Shown piece after piece: positions 7,577 through 16,855 of a stretch of DNA of 64,000 nucleotides. The notes below the pieces were generated by a model. That model saw only the letters and a program-made list of their open reading frames with translations. It had not been told where the DNA came from and made no database searches. Origin of the DNA: an uncultured Candidatus Micrarchaeota archaeon (GTDB lineage Archaea; Micrarchaeota; Micrarchaeia; Norongarragalinales; CAINOH01); assembly GCA_903851445.1 (NCBI GenBank), contig CAINOH010000012.1, positions 8,353 through 72,352 on the forward strand, read 5' to 3'. Made by a program: the position numbers and the translations under genes. How positions within the stretch are numbered: position 1 is the first letter of the stretch; each line of letters starts with the position of its first letter.

Positions 7577-10279
7577 TCAGGCGGCCTTGGTTTTTCCGCG
7601 TGCAAACTTTTCGTTGCCGCCGCCTAATCCGCGCTCCTTGAGCATCTCGGATGCGTTCTTGCCGCTTTCTGCATCAGCTGCGCATACCAGATAGCCGTCC
7701 TTGTTTGAAAGCGCAGCAGCCCAGCCCTTGTTGCCTGCAATGGCACCAGCGACCTTCTCAAGCACCCTAGCGTCGTAATCAAGGCCAGTTGCTTCCACAA
7801 AGCGGAATAAATCCACGCCTATTGGCGCCTTCTTCTGCGCCGCAATCATAAGCGACACCGCTTCGGAGTATGCAAAGCGGTCGATGAGAGCATCAAGCGC
7901 CTTGCTCCTTGCTTTCCATTCGTCAAAGAGCTTGGCCGCAGCAGTTGGTATTGCCTCGTTGCTTGTTGCTGAGAACACCTTGTTCGTGTCCGAAAGTATG
8001 CACTCAAGGCTCTCGACGTATTCAAGGGCGCGCTGTCCCGCCTTGTAGTGCAGCCGCACCACCCCGTCCTGGATTTGCTCGGCCTTGGTTATCTTGACTA
8101 GTCCGAGCTGGGCTGTGTTTGAAAGGTGCGTCCCTCCACAGGCCTCGTAGTCAAGGCCCTCGGCAGCTACAACGCGGATGGTCTTTCCGATTGCGCCGCC
8201 GCCCTGATAGAGCCTAAAGCCGTGCTGTTCCTCTGCCTTTCCGCGGTCAAGGAATTCACAGGTCACCGGGATTGCCTGGCGTACTGCCTCGTTGGCGTAT
8301 TTTTCTATGAGGGCAAGCTGCTCAGGGTTGGGCTTCTCGTAATGAGTCATGTCCACGTGCGCGCCGTGCTCGTCCTTGAAGCTTCCGGACTGCCAGATGT
8401 GCTTTCCAAGAGCCTTGCGGCAGGATGCGATGATTACGTGGGTGGCGGTGTGGTGCGCCGAGATTTCGTTGCGGCGCTTGCGGTCAAGGATAACCCGCAC
8501 AATCTGGCCTTGCGAGAACTTCGAGGCATCTGCCTTGTTTGCAAGTATGTGCAGCACCACTCCGAAGAGCTTCTGGCTGTCAGCAATCCTTGCAGAAACA
8601 GCGCCTGCAACAAGAGTGCCGCGGTCTGCGCTCTGGCCCCCGCCTTCGGGGTAGATTATGGTACGGTCAAGCACTATGATGCCCTTTGCGGTGTCAACAG
8701 CAAGTATTTTTGCGGTGAGCTCATCACGCTCGGGATGGTTGTAGTATTCAAGCTCGGTCTTTACGATTGTGGAGACATCAAGCGTGGTGAGGTCCTTCTT
8801 TGAAGCGTGTGCCTCCATCTGGTGCCTGCTGGTCACGGCCTTGTAAAAGTCAGCAGGGATGCTGACTTGCGCGTTCTTCTCGGCAGCAGCCTTCTCCAAA
8901 AGCTCGGGCGTAATCCCCTGGCTCTCGTAAAGGTTGAGCATCTTCTCGGTGCTGATGGGCTTGCCTTGGGCGACGATGTCCTGGCTTGCCTTCCAAGCCT
9001 TGGCCTTGGAGTCGCCGAACTTCCTGCGCTCGACTTCGAGGATTTCGTGGATTTCGACAAGGTTCTCGGACAGTTCGGGAAAGAGCGGCTTGAGGTCCTC
9101 TGCGTGCATCTCGCAGACGTCAATCAGGTCAAAGTCGAAGTTGTATTCCGAGATGAACGAGAGTGCGCGGCGCAAGACCACGCGCAGGTTGTACCCGCCT
9201 GCGGTATTGGAGGGGATTGCACCGTCCGAGAGCGCGAAAAGGAGCGTGCGCGAGTGGTCGGCAATCGCGTATATTCCCTGCATCGGAAGTATCGACTTCT
9301 CAAGCTCGGCTGCTGACACGCCAAGCATCTTTGAAATGCGCTCCTTTTCTGCTGCCATGTTGAGCATCGTCTCAACGTCAAGCGATGACGACAGGGAAGC
9401 GTATTTTTCAAATAGAGCGGAATCGACGGAAAGGCCCGCCTTGGATTTCATGAAATCAATTTCCCTTGGAAATACCGAGTCGTACGCCGTGAGGGTGCCG
9501 TTGTAGAACCACAGCAGCCGCTCGAAGCCCCAGCCCACGTCGATGACCTTGCTTGGAAGGTCAACCACCTTGTTGTCAAAGTAAGTGTATTCGGTGAACA
9601 CGCTGTTCACCAGCTCGGCTCCGTGCGAGAAGGACTCGATGCAGGGGCCGAGGGTGGAAAGGTCGGGCATGGCCCACAGGTCCTCGCCGTAGACAATCTC
9701 CTCCTTGGGGATTTCAAGGCATTGCGTGAGGTAATCGTAGTTGTACTGGATGCAATCATCCTTCCAGTAGGCGCGCTTGTCGTTCGGGTAGTCGAACGAG
9801 TGCTGGCCAGCCATCATGAACGATGAGAAGTGCCTGCCGGTCACGCCGATGTTCGCAATGTCAGGAAAGCGCAGGCAAACTTGGGGGACTATGAGCGGGT
9901 TTGCCGGGTACTCGAAGGTCATCTTTCCCGCTTCGAGCCGCTGGAAGTCCACTATTGAGGCGATGTTGAAGTAGAGGTCGTCCCGCCACCTGCAGATTAC
10001 AGGATAGCGCGGCACTATTTCGTGGCCTTTCTTCTTCCAGAAATCGGCGAACTTGTTCCAGAAATTCACATAAGTTTCCTTGCGCGGGTTCTTCCTGAAG
10101 AACGAGTACGGCTCGTGCGACGAGTCGCCACAGTCTTCCTTGCCCACGCTCCAGTAGCCCTTCCCGCACTTGGGACACACACGGCGCTGGAAGCCCTCCT
10201 GCGCAAACAGCGGGACTTCATAGTACTTCTTGTAATCCTGAGCAAACTGCTTCTTGAGGTCTTCCTTGGTGACTGCCAT
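7577..10279 (-). CDS. alaS: alanyl-tRNA synthetase (archaeal type)
   Basis: 900 aa from the ATG at 10279 (MAVTKEDLKKQF...). Contains the archaeal AlaRS N-terminal Zn-like CPKCG, the editing-domain HHTATH and CGGTH motifs, and a C-terminal DHHA1-like region. The track start at 10411 adds 44 non-conserved residues. Confidence 0.95.
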   Translation of the reverse strand: MAVTKEDLKKQFAQDYKKYYEVPLFAQEGFQRRVCPKCGKGYWSVGKEDCGDSSHEPYSFFRKNPRKETYVNFWNKFADFWKKKGHEIVPRYPVICRWRDDLYFNIASIVDFQRLEAGKMTFEYPANPLIVPQVCLRFPDIANIGVTGRHFSSFMMAGQHSFDYPNDKRAYWKDDCIQYNYDYLTQCLEIPKEEIVYGEDLWAMPDLSTLGPCIESFSHGAELVNSVFTEYTYFDNKVVDLPSKVIDVGWGFERLLWFYNGTLTAYDSVFPREIDFMKSKAGLSVDSALFEKYASLSSSLDVETMLNMAAEKERISKMLGVSAAELEKSILPMQGIYAIADHSRTLLFALSDGAIPSNTAGGYNLRVVLRRALSFISEYNFDFDLIDVCEMHAEDLKPLFPELSENLVEIHEILEVERRKFGDSKAKAWKASQDIVAQGKPISTEKMLNLYESQGITPELLEKAAAEKNAQVSIPADFYKAVTSRHQMEAHASKKDLTTLDVSTIVKTELEYYNHPERDELTAKILAVDTAKGIIVLDRTIIYPEGGGQSADRGTLVAGAVSARIADSQKLFGVVLHILANKADASKFSQGQIVRVILDRKRRNEISAHHTATHVIIASCRKALGKHIWQSGSFKDEHGAHVDMTHYEKPNPEQLALIEKYANEAVRQAIPVTCEFLDRGKAEEQHGFRLYQGGGAIGKTIRVVAAEGLDYEACGGTHLSNTAQLGLVKITKAEQIQDGVVRLHYKAGQRALEYVESLECILSDTNKVFSATSNEAIPTAAAKLFDEWKARSKALDALIDRFAYSEAVSLMIAAQKKAPIGVDLFRFVEATGLDYDARVLEKVAGAIAGNKGWAAALSNKDGYLVCAADAESGKNASEMLKERGLGGGNEKFARGKTKAA

Positions 10280-10379
10280 CTTAATCAAACCCGGATAAGT
10301 GAAAAACGCCTGAAAATATACTAAGGAATTGAACCGCCAAAGACTAAAAAGGCGACGAAGGCGGAAATTTCCCAAAGAA

Positions 10380-10799
10380 TCATAAACCAGTTTTCTTGCG
10401 CACCAATTCAAGGAACCCGCTTGCCGCGGTTATGGCAGACCGGACGTCCTGCTGGCTTATAGTCCCGGGCTCGTCGTAAACAGCGCGGTGCCTTTTCCTG
10501 CGCATCGAGTCGAAAAGGGCGATGTTGCCGCGTTCGCGTCCTAATGTCGCCTCGACGAAACGCACAACTGCCACGTGGCCTGTCTCGCCAGTTGGCCTGT
10601 ATCCTTTCGAAAGCATCCACGCGCGGCCAGCCTGCAGCAGGGCGTTGTAGGCGATGTTGAACGCCCAGTCCGTGTCAGAAGTCTCCTTGGCAACGCACAG
10701 GTCGCGCTCTGCAAGCCTAATGCTATTTCCTATTTCCTGGCTTGTCGCGTCGAACGGGGTTATGAGCCCCTGCTGCAGCAAGTCTTCCACTCCAGTCAT
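10380..10799 (-). CDS. HEPN domain protein (partner of the upstream nucleotidyltransferase)
   Basis: All-helical 139 aa from the ATG at 10799. Shows HEPN-like AYNALLQAGRAWMLSKGYRP...HVAVV...RRKRHRAVYD. Confidence 0.7.
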   Translation of the reverse strand: MTGVEDLLQQGLITPFDATSQEIGNSIRLAERDLCVAKETSDTDWAFNIAYNALLQAGRAWMLSKGYRPTGETGHVAVVRFVEATLGRERGNIALFDSMRRKRHRAVYDEPGTISQQDVRSAITAASGFLELVRKKTGL

Positions 10800-11349
10800 C
10801 TTCGCCAATCACCATCAGCTTCGGCTCGGCCATCACGCGGGAAATGAAGGTGTTGCCTTCCGCAAGTTTTTCAGCAAACTCCTTTTGTGAGAATGCAGAA
10901 AAGCTCACTTGTCTTCCCAAAAGCCGTTCTGCCTCGGAAAAGGCCTTTGCGAGCGCCTCTGCCGGCGGCGTGCCGACTACCATCACGTCTATGTCGCTTC
11001 TTGCGGAGTCGGTGCCTTTGGCCACCGAGCCGTACACGAAGCACGCGGTTATTTTCGGGACGCCTTTCAACGCTTCCTGCAAAAGCCCGGGGACTGCGTC
11101 CTTTCGCACGAGCGCAAGGAGCTCAGCAGAAAATGAATTTGCCGCTGCGGGATAGAAAAACCTTTGGCAACCCTCTTTCCGCGATTCGAGGATGCCCGCA
11201 CGCACCAGCATGTCAAGCTCGCGCTTTGCAAGTATGGGCGCAACGCCCGCAAGCCGCGCTGCCTGCCGCAGATAGACGCCTTTCGGGTGCATTGAAAGCA
11301 CGCGAAGAACCGAAAGCCGCGACTTGGAGCCAAACAGGGATTCTAGCAT
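10723..11349 (-). CDS. wHTH plus minimal nucleotidyltransferase (MNT) domain protein
   Basis: The N-terminus is winged-helix-like (SRLSVLRVLS...LRQAARLAG). The MNT motif YGSVAKGTDSARSDIDVMVV is present. The 3' end overlaps the HEPN gene. Confidence 0.8.
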   Translation of the reverse strand: MLESLFGSKSRLSVLRVLSMHPKGVYLRQAARLAGVAPILAKRELDMLVRAGILESRKEGCQRFFYPAAANSFSAELLALVRKDAVPGLLQEALKGVPKITACFVYGSVAKGTDSARSDIDVMVVGTPPAEALAKAFSEAERLLGRQVSFSAFSQKEFAEKLAEGNTFISRVMAEPKLMVIGEDDWSGRLAAAGAHNPVRRDKPGNRK

Positions 11350-11428
11350 ATAATAAAAGTATACGAGAGTAAATATAAATTATACGCTTTGGAATGTTTG
11401 ACCGCTGCCTTTGCGGAAAACCCGGGTT

Positions 11429-11923
11429 TCAGGCTGAAAGGTCGAAGAACGCCGCGCCGTACGCTTCGAATGCGCGCTTGAGGTCGGATGCATTAATCCT
11501 TATTGAGATGGTGTTCAACCCGGCTGCGAACTCAAGCTCCTTGGACTCTTCCACAAAGAGCGACTTGTCAGCAAGGACCGAAATCCTCGGAGTGTGACCA
11601 AAAGGAGGAACGCCGCCTGGCGCACAGCCTGTAAGCGACTCAATCTTGTCAAGCGCAGCAAGCCTTGCATCATCGGCCTGCAAAATTGCTTTCAGCTTTT
11701 TCAAGTCAAGCGTCCTGTCCGCGCGTATTGCGGCGCATACCAGGAACGTCTTGTCGGCCCTGCGGAATTCGACTATTAGGGACTTTACAGCATCGGAAAT
11801 GGCGATTTTGCGAACGCGGGCAGTATCCTGCGCGGAGAGCACGGGCTCGTGTGCAATCAGCTCGTAGGGAATGAAATTAGAGTCCAGAAGGGATTTGATA
11901 TTCTCAAGTTCCTTCTGCGACAA
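11429..11923 (-). CDS. YbaK/ProX-type aminoacyl-tRNA deacylase
   Basis: 164 aa with features typical of the YbaK/EbsC editing domain: KSLIV...LVCAAIRADRTLDLKKL...GGVPPFGH. Confidence 0.8.
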   Translation of the reverse strand: MSQKELENIKSLLDSNFIPYELIAHEPVLSAQDTARVRKIAISDAVKSLIVEFRRADKTFLVCAAIRADRTLDLKKLKAILQADDARLAALDKIESLTGCAPGGVPPFGHTPRISVLADKSLFVEESKELEFAAGLNTISIRINASDLKRAFEAYGAAFFDLSA

Positions 11924-11975
11924 ACTATAAGCCCCCTATAAAAAATTGAAAAAAAGAAAATCAAAAAGGCAGAAA

Positions 11976-12428
11976 CTACTTCTTGCCCTTGCCCTTTGCG
12001 GCCTTGGCTGCTGCCTTCTTTTCCTCTTTCTTCTTCTTGCGCTCCTCTTCGGATGCTGGCACGAAGCCGCAGTCTGCAAGGGGCTTTGCGCCTTCCTTTG
12101 TTATCTTTGCGTTGACCTGCGCTATTGACTCTGAAATCGTGTTGCCTACGACGTTGCGCTTCTCGCGCGAACCCTTCTTGACCTTGCGGATGCCAGTGCC
12201 GCCCGAGAGGAACGCCAGGAGCTTGTGAACCCCGACTATGTCCCTGCGCATCGGAAAGCCCGACTTGTCAGTGCCGCCGGTTATTGTGAGCTCGTAGCCT
12301 TCAAGCCCGATTATGGAGCCTTCAAACTTTTCGCCAATCTTCTTTCCCAGAAGCTGGCCTTCCTTTGAGGCCTCGACTTGCTTTTGGAACACGAACTTGG
12401 ACTTCGGGTCGCCGAATACTATTTTCAT
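11976..12428 (-). CDS. rps6e: 30S ribosomal protein S6e
   Basis: MKIVFGDPKSKFVFQKQV...GYELTITGGTDKSGFPMRRD...REKRNVVGNTIS is the conserved S6e core. Lys-rich tail. Confidence 0.95.
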   Translation of the reverse strand: MKIVFGDPKSKFVFQKQVEASKEGQLLGKKIGEKFEGSIIGLEGYELTITGGTDKSGFPMRRDIVGVHKLLAFLSGGTGIRKVKKGSREKRNVVGNTISESIAQVNAKITKEGAKPLADCGFVPASEEERKKKKEEKKAAAKAAKGKGKK

Positions 12429-12587
12429 TGAATACCTACACCCCTAAACGCGAATGTAAATTCTAAGTGCTAAATTCGCCAAAAATCAGCTTACAAATAG
12501 TCCATTTGCAGACTATTAATTGTTTCGGGGGCCGGGAGGCTGCCCAATAAACCAAACCCGGAGGCCGCGTTGCCTGCGATACCGCCG

Positions 12588-13175
12588 TCATTTTGCAAGT
12601 ACCTGCTTTACGCGCCGTCTTGCCTGTGACGGGGTCCGGCCCAGGTACTTGTTGAGTTTTTTCCCGTCGATTTTTTTCCTGAGTTCGACCAGCGCCTCCT
12701 TCGAAAGCGGAGCCTTGAAGTAGGCAAAGTCAATGAGCGTCTTTTCCGGATCCGAGACGTTCACCCAAAAACCACCGTACTTGATGGCGTGGAAGCCGAA
12801 GAACATCCGCCGGCTTATCCTACGTACCAAGTAGTTGTTGCCAAGGAAAGTCCGCACTCCCGGCCGAATTTTACGCGGGGTTATGACAATTGGGTTGGTT
12901 TCCTGCTCCCAAAAACCGTGCAGGGAAAGGGCGTCCTGCAGGCCGTAATAGTAGGGGGCGTAGGCCAGCCCGACTGCCTGTATCTCCTCGTGGAAGGAAT
13001 AGGCGCCTTTCGTGATGCGGTGAAGCTTCCCGGCTGCAACCAGGTTGTGCAGGAACAGCCGGCAGTACTGTCCGCTTGCGCCCTTGCTTTGGAGGAAAAG
13101 CCGGGCGTCCCGAGCTGAAAACACGGTGGTTTTGGAAAAGTGCTGGCGAAACTCGTCGGAGTATTTCATTTCCAC
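12588..13175 (-). CDS. AbiEi-family antitoxin/transcriptional regulator
   Basis: N-terminal wHTH (FSARDARLFL...LHNLVAAGKLHRITKGAYSF) plus a C-terminal AbiEi-like domain. 10-nt overlap with the upstream AbiEii gene. Confidence 0.65.
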   Translation of the reverse strand: MEMKYSDEFRQHFSKTTVFSARDARLFLQSKGASGQYCRLFLHNLVAAGKLHRITKGAYSFHEEIQAVGLAYAPYYYGLQDALSLHGFWEQETNPIVITPRKIRPGVRTFLGNNYLVRRISRRMFFGFHAIKYGGFWVNVSDPEKTLIDFAYFKAPLSKEALVELRKKIDGKKLNKYLGRTPSQARRRVKQVLAK

Positions 13176-13807
13176 CGCCTCTTCAGCGCCTGCTCAAGCT
13201 GGGAAAAGGAGGGTATTGCACCGGCGTACACTATTGCCCGGAGGTTTTCCTCGTCAACGGGCTCAGGCAGGTTTTCTAGGAGCTGCGCAACCTCTTTTGC
13301 CACCTTTTGCTCTTCCTTGACGAGCCCGCTAAGGTGGAAGATGTCGTACAGGTCGCGTATCAGGCGCCTTGACTTGTATGCGGCAACCTTCTCAAGGATG
13401 AGCTGTTCCGGCGTGAGCGTCAGAACCTGCATCGCAGAGCCGTCCACTTTCTCAAAAGGGGCTACCACCCCGCGCAATTTGGACGCGAAGTTCGCCTCAA
13501 GCCGCACGGTCACCTCTCCGTTTGAAAACTTGGAGTAGAGGAGGCTGTTGGTCTTCTTGAACTTCAAAACTTCGATGCCCCGTTCCTTGGCCTTTGGGGG
13601 CAGGTCGTCCAGCGAATTTTGCCGTGGGGCGTAGAAGTCGAGGTCTTCCGAAAACCTGTTGCCTGAGTAGCAGCGCCAGATTGCCGTGCCGCCGTGGAGC
13701 ACCGCCTTTTCCTCGATGGAGTACACCAAGTCCGCAAGCTCGTCTTGTAAAAGCGCCACCTGTACGTGCGCCCGCTTTTTCAGGCGGTTTTCCAGGGGAA
13801 GGTTCAT
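13166..13807 (-). CDS. AbiEii/AbiGii-family nucleotidyltransferase toxin
   Basis: LHGGTAIWRCYSGNRFSEDLDFY matches the family signature (GGTAL...RfSeDlDf). Confidence 0.8.
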   Translation of the reverse strand: MNLPLENRLKKRAHVQVALLQDELADLVYSIEEKAVLHGGTAIWRCYSGNRFSEDLDFYAPRQNSLDDLPPKAKERGIEVLKFKKTNSLLYSKFSNGEVTVRLEANFASKLRGVVAPFEKVDGSAMQVLTLTPEQLILEKVAAYKSRRLIRDLYDIFHLSGLVKEEQKVAKEVAQLLENLPEPVDEENLRAIVYAGAIPSFSQLEQALKRRWK

Positions 13808-13842
13808 AAGTATAAATTAACCAAAGTTATATAAAAATATAA

Positions 13843-14316
13843 CTATTGGCGATTCTGACATACTAGCCCGCCGGAGTAATGTCCGGCGTAAACCTTGCGG
13901 CCATTCTGGTAGATGGATTCCTTGCCGGAAAAGCCAAAGATGTCTCCTGACCAGCGGTTTTTGTAAGCGAGGTTACCAAGCCTGAAGACTTTCGGTCCGC
14001 GGTACGGGTCGCTTTTTGGGCTCGCACAAAGCGCCTTGCGCAGGAAACTGTAGACATCTTCGAGGCCTACTTCGCGGGAAACTGTCGCGCCATAATAGGC
14101 CATAAGAAACAGGGGCTTTCCTTTGAAGAAGACAGCCTCCCTTCCGCCGAAAGGTTCGCCGCCAAAATAATTGTCCTGATAGACCCAGTTGCCTTGCGAA
14201 TAAGCGATGGTCCGGGAGCCGTCCTTTTGGAGGGTTCCGCGGTTTCCAGAAGCATAACCATAACGGTGGGCACAAAAAAGGAAATTTCGCAGTTGCGATT
14301 TGGATGGCCGCATCAT
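13843..14316 (-). CDS. conserved hypothetical protein (DUF5680-like by memory)
   Basis: 157 aa. YQDNYFGGEPFGGREAVFFKGKPLFLMAYYG resembles the DUF5680 core. The start codon lies 1 nt after the infB stop. Confidence 0.45.
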   Translation of the reverse strand: MMRPSKSQLRNFLFCAHRYGYASGNRGTLQKDGSRTIAYSQGNWVYQDNYFGGEPFGGREAVFFKGKPLFLMAYYGATVSREVGLEDVYSFLRKALCASPKSDPYRGPKVFRLGNLAYKNRWSGDIFGFSGKESIYQNGRKVYAGHYSGGLVCQNRQ

Positions 14317-14317
14317 T

Positions 14318-16105
14318 TTAGCTCTGACCCAGCGCCTTCAATGCCTTTATCTGCGCAAGGACCTCGCGCTCGTCCTCGCTAAGCGCCTGCTTGTACTTTC
14401 CCTCCAGCGTAGCCATGTCGTCTGCTGACGGGTTGGTGTAGAGCTTCATCTTTTCCTTTACCTGGCGGCCATAATAGACGCCCGATATGCTGATTGCCAC
14501 CTGCTCGCCCTTCTTTGCGGACTCGACCGGTTCATTGTCCTTCTGGATTCCGCGAACGTTTCCGATGACAACGCCCTGCTCGTTCATAAGCGGCGCGTCC
14601 TTCTTGAGCAGGCCGGACTCAATCTCAACGCCGAACACAGCCGGGTTGGACTCGCGGAAGCAGCACCCGGGCATCAGGAATATGCGTGCCGGCATCACGA
14701 GGCTTGCGAAGGCCTCGCGCTTTGCGGCTGCCTTCTTCTCCTCAATCCAGCGCCAGTAGTCGTCCACAAGGGTGTAGATGATGCCGCTTGAGAAAATCTT
14801 GACCTGCTCGGAGTTTGCAAGGGCAAGGACATCTGGGTCTTGCGGCACGTTGAATGCGAATATTACGCCCAGGTCCTCGTTCTTCTTGCGCACACTCGCA
14901 GCCTCAAGCACCTCCTTCTTGGATACCGGGCCGATGCCTGTTGCGCGGATGGTGATTTTTTCGCCTGAGAGGAGCTTTTCAATGGCTTCCAGGCTTCCGA
15001 ATGCGTCCGCCTTGATTATGATGCCGTCGTTCTGGGTTGCTGTTACGAGTTCCTTGATTTCCGACTCGATTGCCTGCTTTGCAGCAGCCACCTTGGAGTC
15101 GTGTTCCGGGTCGGCCGGATTGATTATCGTGATTGACGAGCCTGCGACGGCAATGTCCGCGCCCTCGCAGGCAATCTTCAGGCCAACTGCAGCAGAGGCA
15201 GTTGGAATCGAGGAGAACTTTTCGCGCGGGTCACGCATCTCGTCAAGCGGCTTTGGCTTGAGTATCGCCTTGACCTTGCTCTGAATCGCGCCTTCTGCGC
15301 TTGCAAAAACCAGGGTGTCGCCTTCTGATATCGTGCCGTCGAAAAGGATTATATCAAGGGTTTTTCCAAGGCCGCGCTCCTCGCGCACTTCCAGAATGTT
15401 CGCCTTGCCGCCAACGCCCTCGAGTATGGTCAGCCGCTTTTCAAGGAACTTTTGCGCAAGCCCGGAAACGTAGAGCAGGAGTTCTGGAATTCCCTCGCGG
15501 GTTTTTGCGCTGACGGGAATCAGGAGCACCTGTTTTGTGAAGTCGCTTACGCGGTCAAAGCGCTCTGCCGAGATGTTGTGGGAGTAGAGCTGTCCGACTA
15601 TTTCGTAGAGCCGCTGGTCAAGAAGCGCCTTGGTGCGCTCCTGCTGGACCTTCTCGGTCTCGATGAAGGCGGCGCCGGGCTGTGCGTTCCACCCTGAAAT
15701 CGCATCCATCTTGTTTAATGCAACAACGAAGGGGGTCTTGAACTCGCGGAGGATGTCAAGCGCCTCCTCGGTCTGGCGCTCAACTCCCTTGGTCACGTCG
15801 ATTACGAGTATCGCGATGTCCGCAATGCTCCCGCCGCGCCTTCGCAGGTTGGTGAACGCCTCGTGCCCAGGGGTATCAACTGTGAGGATTCCGGGTATGG
15901 TGAACTGGATTGCAAGCCGCGAAAGCACGGGCCTGCACACGTCCTGCACCACGCCAATCGGGATTTCGGATGCGCCGATGCTTTGCGTGATTGCACCCGC
16001 CTCCCTGCTCTGCACCTTGGTGTGCCTGATTGCATCGAGCAGGCTGGTCTTGCCGTGGTCGACGTGGCCAAGCACGCACACGATGGGCTGCCGAAGGGCG
16101 GGCAT
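14318..16105 (-). CDS. infB: translation initiation factor aIF5B
   Basis: GTPase motifs GHVDHGKTS, DTPGHEAF and NKMD, followed by the IF2/IF5B beta-barrel and C-terminal domains. 595 aa. Confidence 0.95.
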   Translation of the reverse strand: MPALRQPIVCVLGHVDHGKTSLLDAIRHTKVQSREAGAITQSIGASEIPIGVVQDVCRPVLSRLAIQFTIPGILTVDTPGHEAFTNLRRRGGSIADIAILVIDVTKGVERQTEEALDILREFKTPFVVALNKMDAISGWNAQPGAAFIETEKVQQERTKALLDQRLYEIVGQLYSHNISAERFDRVSDFTKQVLLIPVSAKTREGIPELLLYVSGLAQKFLEKRLTILEGVGGKANILEVREERGLGKTLDIILFDGTISEGDTLVFASAEGAIQSKVKAILKPKPLDEMRDPREKFSSIPTASAAVGLKIACEGADIAVAGSSITIINPADPEHDSKVAAAKQAIESEIKELVTATQNDGIIIKADAFGSLEAIEKLLSGEKITIRATGIGPVSKKEVLEAASVRKKNEDLGVIFAFNVPQDPDVLALANSEQVKIFSSGIIYTLVDDYWRWIEEKKAAAKREAFASLVMPARIFLMPGCCFRESNPAVFGVEIESGLLKKDAPLMNEQGVVIGNVRGIQKDNEPVESAKKGEQVAISISGVYYGRQVKEKMKLYTNPSADDMATLEGKYKQALSEDEREVLAQIKALKALGQS

Positions 16106-16160
16106 ATTTCATCACGAAAAAAGCATATGACTTCGATTGCTGGTTATACCTCGTTCCAAT

Positions 16161-16739
16161 CTACCCGTTGATTATCGCGTCATCCGCCCTCTTGTACTCG
16201 TAGATTTCCTTTGCGGAAAACCACAGGCCTATTTCGAACTTCGCCTCCTCAAGCGAGCCTGACGCGTGGATGAGGTTGCGGATGGGCCTCTTCTTTGCGT
16301 TCGCCAGGTCGGGCGAGTCAACGGCATAGTCGCCTCTCACCGTCCCGGGAAGCGCGACAAGCGGGAGCGTCGAACCCACTATCTTTCGCACGTTCTCAAC
16401 AGCGTGGTTTCCCTCAAGAACGAATGCGATTACCGGAGAGCCGGAGATGAAGTCAACGAGCCAGCCCTTTACCATCTTGCCGATTTCAACAGGGTCGGCT
16501 GTGCCGAGCTCCTTCTTCGGGTCGATTCCGAACTTCTGGTAGCTCTCCAAGGTCTTTTGCCCTACGATGGAAAGCCACTTGTCGTCTGACGGGTAGTGCT
16601 TTGCCACCAGCTCCTTTCCGGGCTTTGTCATCTTCATTGCGACAATCTTCAGGCCGGCCTTCTCAAAGCGCGAGAGCACTTCCCCGCAAAGCGCTCGCTG
16701 CACGCAGTCGGGCTTGAGCATCACGAAAGTCCTTTCCAT
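16161..16739 (-). CDS. ndk: nucleoside diphosphate kinase (with internal insertions)
   Basis: From the ATG at 16739: MERTFVMLKPDCVQR...GTVRGDYA...NLIHASGSLEEAKFEIGLWF. About 40 aa longer than the usual ~150-aa NDK, due to an insert after KHYPSDD. Confidence 0.9.
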   Translation of the reverse strand: MERTFVMLKPDCVQRALCGEVLSRFEKAGLKIVAMKMTKPGKELVAKHYPSDDKWLSIVGQKTLESYQKFGIDPKKELGTADPVEIGKMVKGWLVDFISGSPVIAFVLEGNHAVENVRKIVGSTLPLVALPGTVRGDYAVDSPDLANAKKRPIRNLIHASGSLEEAKFEIGLWFSAKEIYEYKRADDAIING

Positions 16740-16855
16740 TCCAACCCACCTTTGACAACAACCCCAAATTACTGGGGTTGGTAAAACATCGAGTCCTGCT
16801 TTTGACAAAACAGCTTTCGAAGTAACAGTATTAGAATTAGGGATGCTGAGGGTTT

